A stretch of DNA of 40,883 nt from a virus (Duplodnaviria > Caudoviricetes): the IMG/VR virus record IMGVR_UViG_3300048851_000077, positions 1 through 40,883 of that record; one strand, given 5' to 3'. Made by a program: the position numbers and the translations under genes. Positions 34,694 through 40,883 of this stretch are shown here, in pieces. The notes under the pieces were generated by a model. It saw only the letters and a program-made list of their open reading frames with translations. It ran no database searches and was not told the DNA's origin. Each line of letters begins with the position of its first letter. The stretch's first letter is position 1.

Positions 34694-35295
34694 GAGTAGA
34701 TTTCCACCGTATCTATGGTGTGTATACGCCCGCCGCGCCAGATGTTGCCGGTGACTTCAATGTCACGCTGTTGCGGGGGATCTATGGTGATTTCGTCGCC
34801 GTCGTAGCAACTCGCACCGATGAAGAATTGGCCCGTGGTTTCAAGGCTGATATCGAGCCCAATCAGGTGCCGGGAGAGCGGCTTGGCGTCGTCGATCAAG
34901 TCCGTCAGGGTCGAATACATCTCGTCCGTGATGCCTTTATCCAATACGCCGACCTTGAGCGCGAAGGTGCCCGGCACCCCTTCCGGCACTTTCTGCCACC
35001 ACTCCACCACGTCAATCAGGTAACCCAGCGGCTCGACCACGCGACGAATCGCACCTAACGTGCCTTTGTGCTCATGGATGTAGAACGACGCGCTGATCGC
35101 CGCTCGCTTCACAGACTCCGACCAGTTCTCATCCCACCTGTCTACCGAACACTCCCACGCCAGATACGGCAGCAAATGCACAGGGCACGTCGCCGGGTCG
35201 TAAATGCTGCGCAGGGGGACAGGCGTTTCATCCGCCGTGGCGGCCTCCAACGCCCTCTCAAGGGGTGTACTGTTGTGCGGCAGCAAACTGCTCAT
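34690..35295 (-). CDS. Baseplate/tail protein I (P2 gpI)
   Basis: SLLPHNSTPLERALE...LLPYLAW...KGTLGA. Confidence 0.93.
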   Translation of the reverse strand: MSSLLPHNSTPLERALEAATADETPVPLRSIYDPATCPVHLLPYLAWECSVDRWDENWSESVKRAAISASFYIHEHKGTLGAIRRVVEPLGYLIDVVEWWQKVPEGVPGTFALKVGVLDKGITDEMYSTLTDLIDDAKPLSRHLIGLDISLETTGQFFIGASCYDGDEITIDPPQQRDIEVTGNIWRGGRIHTIDTVEIYS

Positions 35296-35296
35296 G

Positions 35297-36178
35297 TCAG
35301 CTACCCCGCACTACGCTAAAGCCGGTGCAGAAGGCCGCCTGTTCCTTGGTTGGGAAAATGTCTTGCCACCCCACCAGTTCAACGCGCCGCACGCCCGTGA
35401 TGTGCAACTGGGCATCGATAGCCGAACGCGCCACCTCGACCCCCAATCGCTTGCGAGGATTAATCCAGGCCCCCAGTCGATTGGTCGCGTCATTCAAGAT
35501 GGCTTCGTTTTCAGCCCCAACCCCCTCCATGTGCAAGATTGCCTCGATGCGATAAGGCAGCACCTGCGCACTTTGAACAATCAGCCGATCCCCCAGCGGA
35601 CGCACATCGTCATCGCTCAGGGCGGCTTTAACCGTATCCAGCAACTCGGCGTCAGCCTCGCCGCGGCCGTTCAATGCGAGGACAGTTACCACCACCGTTG
35701 ACGGCGAGGGACTTTCAGCGGTGGCGTCCGCAACCAGGCCCGACGCATTCCGGGCGTGCAGGATGTAGCTTTGCCGTGGCCCTGCCGTCGTCAGCCCCTC
35801 ATAGCGAAGCTGGATGCGCTCACGCAAGGCGTCGTCTACCTCCAACACCTCCAGCACCGGGGGCACAACCGTGTTATCTGCCGCTTGAACGACCAGTCGC
35901 TTGAGGTTGACCCGGGCGGCCAGCTGGTCCAGATCCTTGCGTTTGGAGAACGGCAGCAGCAGCGCCTTTGCCGCGTCGTTGACCCGCGCCCGATTGCTCA
36001 GCTTGCGGTAGGCAGCCTGCTCTAAAAGCTTTACCACTGGCTCACTTTCAAGCGGCGCGCTCCACGCTTCCCCCATGAGCAACCGAAAGTTTGCCAGTTC
36101 CTCGGCATAGATCTCTTCAACGTCCAGATCCTCCAGAACGTCCGGTGCCGGCAACGACGACAGGTCTACGGTACTCAT
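35297..36178 (-). CDS. Baseplate J protein
   Basis: DLSSLPAPDVLE, LESEP, TAGPRQSY, VRPLGD motifs. Confidence 0.95.
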   Translation of the reverse strand: MSTVDLSSLPAPDVLEDLDVEEIYAEELANFRLLMGEAWSAPLESEPVVKLLEQAAYRKLSNRARVNDAAKALLLPFSKRKDLDQLAARVNLKRLVVQAADNTVVPPVLEVLEVDDALRERIQLRYEGLTTAGPRQSYILHARNASGLVADATAESPSPSTVVVTVLALNGRGEADAELLDTVKAALSDDDVRPLGDRLIVQSAQVLPYRIEAILHMEGVGAENEAILNDATNRLGAWINPRKRLGVEVARSAIDAQLHITGVRRVELVGWQDIFPTKEQAAFCTGFSVVRGS

Positions 36179-36501
36179 GCAGTTATCTCCTTGATCTGGC
36201 TTTCGCCCAGGTACGCGAAGCGCAACCGGAAGGTGATTTTTCCGCCGACCACCGCAACGACCTGCACGCCCTCAAGATTTATTCGAGGCTCCCAAAGGCG
36301 TATTGCGCGGGCCGCCTCGGCTTGCACAGCCCCTTTCCAGCCCTCGTTGACAGGCAAGTCCACAAACCGCCGGATACCCGACCCATAGGTCGGGCGTATA
36401 CGGCGACTGCCCAGCGGCGTCGTCAAAATGTCTTCGAGAGACTGCAACACATGGCCGAGCCCACTCAGCGGCTGGCCCGTGCGCCGATCCATCCCGATCA
36501 T
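36175..36501 (-). CDS. Baseplate wedge gpW/gp25 protein
   Basis: DILTTPLGSR...YGS...WEPRI. Confidence 0.95.
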   Translation of the reverse strand: MIGMDRRTGQPLSGLGHVLQSLEDILTTPLGSRRIRPTYGSGIRRFVDLPVNEGWKGAVQAEAARAIRLWEPRINLEGVQVVAVVGGKITFRLRFAYLGESQIKEITA

Positions 36502-36506
36502 CTGGC

Positions 36507-36767
36507 TTACTCCAGGCGCTCAAAGTCCTTGTGGCCTTGAAGGAAGGCCGCCACGTTGGCATCGGCCGTCGTCACGCGGCCAGCGGCCACGACAACCGGG
36601 CGCTGATCGGGCATGAACAGAGTGCGCGAAGTAAATTCCTTGTCGCGAAACACGACCGCCTGTTGCGCCTGTGCAGGCGCTACATCAGGGCCCGTCGCCG
36701 CCTCCACGGCGATGGGGCTTGCAGCGTCCGCAGCGGCGTCTTTTTTCTTCGCGGTTGTCGTAGCCAT
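36507..36767 (-). CDS. Hypothetical protein between gpV and gpW
   Basis: GGAGA RBS before MATTTAKK; FRDKEFTSRTL motif. Confidence 0.7.
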   Translation of the reverse strand: MATTTAKKKDAAADAASPIAVEAATGPDVAPAQAQQAVVFRDKEFTSRTLFMPDQRPVVVAAGRVTTADANVAAFLQGHKDFERLE

Positions 36768-36824
36768 CGGCTTATCTCCAGGCATAAAAAAACCCGCACC
36801 GGGCGGGTCGATGAAAAGGGAAAA

Positions 36825-37385
36825 TCAGTGTTTGTGGTTGGGCGTGTTGCCGCCCGTGTCGATGATCTTGCCCAAACCGGTTATGTCACCCGTTACGCGT
36901 AACGTTCCGACTATCTCGGTCGGACCAGTCAGCTTGATCGCTGCCGATTCAACCTCGACCTGATCGTCTGTGACCTTCACGGTCGAGCCACCGACCTTGA
37001 TCGTGACCGTGCCCGAGGGCAGCTGAATATCGTAGGTCTTGGCCGCCCAGTCGTAGACGAGCGAGCCGCCGTCGTCGAACCGCCAGACCTCCACATGATC
37101 GCGGTTGTCTGGCTGGGGGCCTGCATCGCTGTACAGCCCAGGGACAAAGCGGCCAAGCGACGGGTTCCCGCTGGGACAGAACAATGTCCCGCGCTCGTTC
37201 AGACTGGGTGCCCGCCAGTGCCGCGCCTTGCCAGCCGCCAGCGCGTGCCAGCGAACCCAAGGACTCACCCATTCAAGCGCCTTGATGCGCACCTTGCCCG
37301 CGACCAGATCCACCGCCACGACGTCGCCTTGAGTGACCATCACCCCCAGCATCCGGTCATGAGCCTGCATTACCTCCCGACTCAT
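36825..37385 (-). CDS. Baseplate spike protein (P2 gpV)
   Basis: AAGKARHWRAPS, RFDDGGSLVYDW, C-terminal HKH metal site. Confidence 0.93.
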   Translation of the reverse strand: MSREVMQAHDRMLGVMVTQGDVVAVDLVAGKVRIKALEWVSPWVRWHALAAGKARHWRAPSLNERGTLFCPSGNPSLGRFVPGLYSDAGPQPDNRDHVEVWRFDDGGSLVYDWAAKTYDIQLPSGTVTIKVGGSTVKVTDDQVEVESAAIKLTGPTEIVGTLRVTGDITGLGKIIDTGGNTPNHKH

Positions 37386-37897
37386 GGCAGCACCACCTCA
37401 ACCTCGGTTTCGACTTCGGCCGGCCCGGGCAGTGGGTCCACTGGAACCGGCACAATCTCAGGAAAAGGCCACTCAGCCAGATTGCCGACGTAGAAGTCTT
37501 GCGTCCATGAGACGCCCCACACCTCGAAGGCGGCCAACGCCGGGTTGGTGTTGTCCGGCTCACCGAGCACGTCCTGAACAGCATCGACGAAGTCCAGATC
37601 CCAGTATTGGGCACGCAACAGGGTGACCAGCCGCATGCCCAACCACATGGCCGCCAAGGACGCATAAGGCAAGTTTGGGTCGACCAGAATCACCGCCTGA
37701 AACTTACCCCGGATGCATGACAGGCCCGTGCCGTTGTCAGGCCCAGGCACAAAACCCGTCATGCCGAAGAACACCGCCGGCAGATTGAAGCCGTCGTGCA
37801 GATCCGGGAACGCATCGACGACAACCTTTTCAGGCAAGGCCGCCTTGATGGTCTGGGTCATCGCTTGGTGTAACGCTTCCAGCTCGTTCACGTTCAA
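37382..37897 (-). CDS. Putative tail completion/terminator protein
   Basis: Position between head-tail adaptor and gpV; VWGVSWTQ motif. Confidence 0.6.
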   Translation of the reverse strand: MNVNELEALHQAMTQTIKAALPEKVVVDAFPDLHDGFNLPAVFFGMTGFVPGPDNGTGLSCIRGKFQAVILVDPNLPYASLAAMWLGMRLVTLLRAQYWDLDFVDAVQDVLGEPDNTNPALAAFEVWGVSWTQDFYVGNLAEWPFPEIVPVPVDPLPGPAEVETEVEVVLP

Positions 37898-38243
37898 ACC
37901 TCAGTTCCAAGCCAACCATGCCGCAGCCGTCCGGGGTGAGACGCACAACGACGTATACGCCGCCGCCCTCCTCATCCGGCAGATCCACGGTCAGCAGAGA
38001 GCCCTTTTTGAAGGCGGCCGCATCAACAGCGCGCAGGGTAAAGGTGGGCTGCGTCACTTCATCAGCGTTCGCTACGACCCCGATCTTGTGGGTGCCGCCC
38101 TTCACTTCCTGCCCGAAGTACGGCGAAAAGAAAGCCCCCGCCACCTCGGTGCCGTCTGCGGTCAGCGCTCGGTCGCCCAGCCGATCCACCAGCAGGGCGT
38201 CCATGCGGGCCGCCTGCTCACGAAAGCGAGCGGCCCCCATCAC
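37830..38243 (-). CDS. Putative head-tail joining protein (FII-like)
   Basis: Position after the DUF2190-like gene; PDGCGM motif. Confidence 0.6.
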   Translation of the reverse strand: MMGAARFREQAARMDALLVDRLGDRALTADGTEVAGAFFSPYFGQEVKGGTHKIGVVANADEVTQPTFTLRAVDAAAFKKGSLLTVDLPDEEGGGVYVVVRLTPDGCGMVGLELRFERERAGSVTPSDDPDHQGGLA

Positions 38244-38554
38244 TGAATCAACAGGAATTCAGCGAAGCCGTTGACCGTATCGCTGGTCAGCTTGCCGCAG
38301 TACACCGCGTCAGCCGTGGCGGCCGCGACAAGGCCGCCGTTCAGAATGCCGACCTTCTGGCCCTGCTTGAGGCCGGCGGCCGCTGGCACGGTCCACGCGC
38401 CGCCCGTGCGACCCACCAGCGGGGTGCCCTTGACACCCGATTGCAGTGGTAGGACCACCAGATCATTCACCGCCACCGGCACACCGGCCACCGCGCCGCC
38501 CGTTGGGGCAACGAAGGTCACCGTCTCACCATTACCCGCGTAATTCTTCGACAT
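38240..38554 (-). CDS. DUF2190-like capsid-associated protein
   Basis: MSKNYAGNGETVTFVAP...; follows the capsid gene. Confidence 0.8.
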   Translation of the reverse strand: MSKNYAGNGETVTFVAPTGGAVAGVPVAVNDLVVLPLQSGVKGTPLVGRTGGAWTVPAAAGLKQGQKVGILNGGLVAAATADAVYCGKLTSDTVNGFAEFLLIQ

Positions 38555-38633
38555 ATGTAATTTTCCAGATTGCAGAAACAACAAGCCCCGCACTGGGCGG
38601 GGCATGGGAAGGACCGCTTACAGCGGGCCGGAC

Positions 38634-40700
38634 TTATGCGCCGGTCGAGCTGGTCAGGCCGCGATAGTCCAGCGCGCCGGCGGCGGCATCGATACGCACC
38701 TTGGTGGCTACGCCGTCCGAGGTAAAACCCTCGGTCTGGTCGATGAAAGGCGTATCCACACCATTGAGGTAAGACACCTCCACAGTGTCGGCACCTTGCT
38801 TGCCGGCCAGATACCAGCCAGTCGACGACGAATCGTCCAGGCGAGACTCACCGATCACCTGCGCAAAGTTGCGGATCGGGTTGTCGACGCCGGCGTTGAC
38901 GTTGGCAGTGGGCACCGAAGCCGAACGGATGATCTGATTGGCCTTGTCTTCCAGGGCAATCGGCACCAGTACGAACCCAGGGCGGATGTTCAGGCTGCGC
39001 GCCTTGCCGTCGACGTTGCCCTTTTGCAACGCCATCGCCTGCTTGGCCGCCGACAGCGATTCGATGGACAGCGCCGAGCCTGCGCCAGTGAACAGGTTTT
39101 TACGGTCCGCGTGGAACAGGGGCTTGCCGTCGCGCATCTTGGTCGAGCCGGTCAGCACCGCATACACCAGATCGCCAATGGTGGCCTTCGCGGCCATGCC
39201 CATTTTCATGGGGATATCCTTCAGCACCGACATGTCGTCGTTGATGATCGCCTGACGAGTGATGCTGAAAATCTCGCCGTAGGTCGCCAGCTGGATGGTT
39301 TCGGCGCGGTCGCTGACCGTGATGTGCTTGTACTCTGCACCCGGACGCACCTCGCGCAATGCGGGGAACTCACCCAGGCCGACACGGGCACCGGGCTTGA
39401 AGTCGCTCAACTCGCCCTTCTTGGTCCACAGGTGGAAGGTTTCTTCGGAGCCTTCCCAGCCAGCCAACAGTGACTTGGCCGCAATATCCATCAGGATATT
39501 GCCGAAGTCGCTGGAGTCGTGGGTAAACGCCAGGCCGACCATTTGCAGCGGGTTATACGCCGCAATGCCGATGCCACGGTCTGCCAAGGAAGCGCGGGCC
39601 AGCTCGCGCAACGACATGTAGTTGTAGCCGTTGCTGGCTTCCATCTGGCCGTGCCCGGTACGCGCAATCAGGGAAGCGCGCACCGAGTCACCGACGATGT
39701 TGCCGTTACCGGAATGGACGTGGGACGCCGGCAGCACGCTACCGCTCGGCGTCGTGCCGCCACCCAGTGCAGCCAACAGCTTGGCGTTAGCCTGATCCGG
39801 CGTGCAGGTCATGTCATTGAGGCACGCGTTCATCAACTCCGCGTGCGCGGCAAAGCCACCAAACGAGGCGGTAATGGTGTTGCGGCGCGAGGCTTCGGCG
39901 GCCAGGACGCGAGCGGCGATTTCCGCTTCATTGATCGCGACTGGCGGGACGCTTGCCACCGGGGCCGGGGGTGTAGCGGGTGCAGCTGGGGGAGTCACCG
40001 AGCCGCGTGGGGTGAACAAAGCTTTGAACGAATCCGGCATGTTTTGGAATTCCTGCATACGATGTGAATTGATTTGTGCGAAAGCCTGTAACGGCTCCAG
40101 AATTTCGTCCGCGAAACCCATTTCCACGGCGTCCGTCCCGGTCATCCAGGTTTCCGCGTCTAACAGCGCGTGGACCTCTTCGGGCGTCTTGCCCGTCTTG
40201 GCGACGTAGGCTTGCACCAACGACCCCTCCACCTTGTCCAGCAGCTCGGCATAGCGGCGCATGTCTTCCGCGTCACCGCCTTGGATACCCCACGGCTTGT
40301 GGATCATCAGCATGGAATTGGCGGGCATCTTGATGACGTTGCAAGCCATCAAGATCACGCTACCCATCGAGGCCGCCAGCCCCATGACCGAGCCTTCGAT
40401 GCGCGCCGGATGCGTGCGCAACATGTTGTAAATAGCGATGCCGTCGAACACATCGCCGCCGGGCGAGTTAACCCGCAAGTCGATGTGTGACACGTCACCC
40501 ACCGCCTTGAGGTCTTGGGCAAACTGCTTGGCAGTAATGCCCCAAGCGCCGATATCGCCGAAAATCTCGATGACGGCCGAGCCACGTTGCGCGGCTGCCC
40601 GGATCGAATACCAGCTGTCAGTCGAGCTGCCCGCCCCCAGAATCGACGCCCGAGGGGTCATCAGAGGCGGCCGCTTTTGGCTTGCTGTTCGTTTGTTCAT
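38634..40700 (-). CDS. ClpP-type prohead protease - major capsid protein fusion (start 40700 or 40661)
   Basis: NSPGGDVFDG, AASMGSVI, MIHKPW, ETW protease motifs, then capsid motifs SSDFG, LSDFK, TYGEIFSITRQAIINDD. Confidence 0.95.
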   Translation of the reverse strand: MNKRTASQKRPPLMTPRASILGAGSSTDSWYSIRAAAQRGSAVIEIFGDIGAWGITAKQFAQDLKAVGDVSHIDLRVNSPGGDVFDGIAIYNMLRTHPARIEGSVMGLAASMGSVILMACNVIKMPANSMLMIHKPWGIQGGDAEDMRRYAELLDKVEGSLVQAYVAKTGKTPEEVHALLDAETWMTGTDAVEMGFADEILEPLQAFAQINSHRMQEFQNMPDSFKALFTPRGSVTPPAAPATPPAPVASVPPVAINEAEIAARVLAAEASRRNTITASFGGFAAHAELMNACLNDMTCTPDQANAKLLAALGGGTTPSGSVLPASHVHSGNGNIVGDSVRASLIARTGHGQMEASNGYNYMSLRELARASLADRGIGIAAYNPLQMVGLAFTHDSSDFGNILMDIAAKSLLAGWEGSEETFHLWTKKGELSDFKPGARVGLGEFPALREVRPGAEYKHITVSDRAETIQLATYGEIFSITRQAIINDDMSVLKDIPMKMGMAAKATIGDLVYAVLTGSTKMRDGKPLFHADRKNLFTGAGSALSIESLSAAKQAMALQKGNVDGKARSLNIRPGFVLVPIALEDKANQIIRSASVPTANVNAGVDNPIRNFAQVIGESRLDDSSSTGWYLAGKQGADTVEVSYLNGVDTPFIDQTEGFTSDGVATKVRIDAAAGALDYRGLTSSTGA

Positions 40701-40883
40701 TGGGCTGATTCTTCCCGTACATTTCGTGAAAGGCGTCCGAGCTGAACACCAGCCCTTCCTCCCGGTTTGTCTCCACCTCAGCCTTGCGGCCCCGCTTGAG
40801 TTCCTGCGGATTTCGCCCTCTGGCCCGCGCGACTTCGGCTTCGTCGGCAAAGCCCGCCTTAACCAGCAGCTCCCACGCCGATG
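40618..40883 (-). CDS. Portal protein C-terminal part (continuation of 1..1430)
   Basis: In frame across the circular join; ends ...SGGGQLD-TGA at 40618. Confidence 0.85.
   Translation of the reverse strand, partial: SAWELLVKAGFADEAEVARARGRNPQELKRGRKAEVETNREEGLVFSSDAFHEMYGKNQPNEQTNSKPKAAASDDPSGVDSGGGQLD
40757..40883. repeat. 127-bp terminal direct repeat (copy of 1-127)
   Basis: Exact identity. Confidence 0.95.

Noticed and set aside
40701-40850. N-terminal 50 aa of the 738-aa capsid ORF in the track
   Set aside because: Lies deep inside the portal coding sequence; the real start is more likely 40700 or 40661
40757-40883. 127-bp terminal repeat as a biological terminal repeat or att site
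   Set aside because: It falls mid-portal gene and 127 is a common assembler k-mer; best explained as circular overlap

Overview
The window appears to be a complete circular genome of about 40,756 bp: the first 127 nt equal the last 127 nt, consistent with an assembler overlap. It is a temperate myovirus-type phage-plasmid, probably from Pseudomonas (inferred from GC content and gene families). It has a lambda-type head and packaging module (Nu1/gpA terminase, gpW, portal spanning the origin, ClpP-capsid fusion) and a P2-like contractile tail. It also has a holin/SAR-endolysin/spanin cassette behind a PR'/tR'-like late promoter and a cI/cro switch with TTACAC-N5-GTGTAA operators. A full plasmid module is present (Rep with a counter-transcribed RNA, ParA plus an RHH partner, HicAB, IncP KlcB/KorC-like genes), along with a tyrosine integrase. 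The most striking unannotated signal is at 15.66-17.17 kb: two tandem, homologous modules, each with a 27-30 aa peptide gene behind a long structured leader and a divergent ~90-100 nt sRNA. The 5' end of each sRNA is complementary to a site about 65 nt upstream of the peptide start codon, which suggests an unrecognised tisB/istR- or zor/orz-style type I toxin-antitoxin pair. Other hidden layers include about 14 dispersed 12-bp matS-like palindromes, an 8-bp repeat regulon, and a LexA-boxed small ORF paired with an apparently non-cleavable CI. There is also a tail-chaperone extension in the +1 frame, a 34-aa membrane peptide in the lysis cassette and a hairpin-dense intergenic element. All protein calls come from motif recognition and synteny by eye; no database searches were run.
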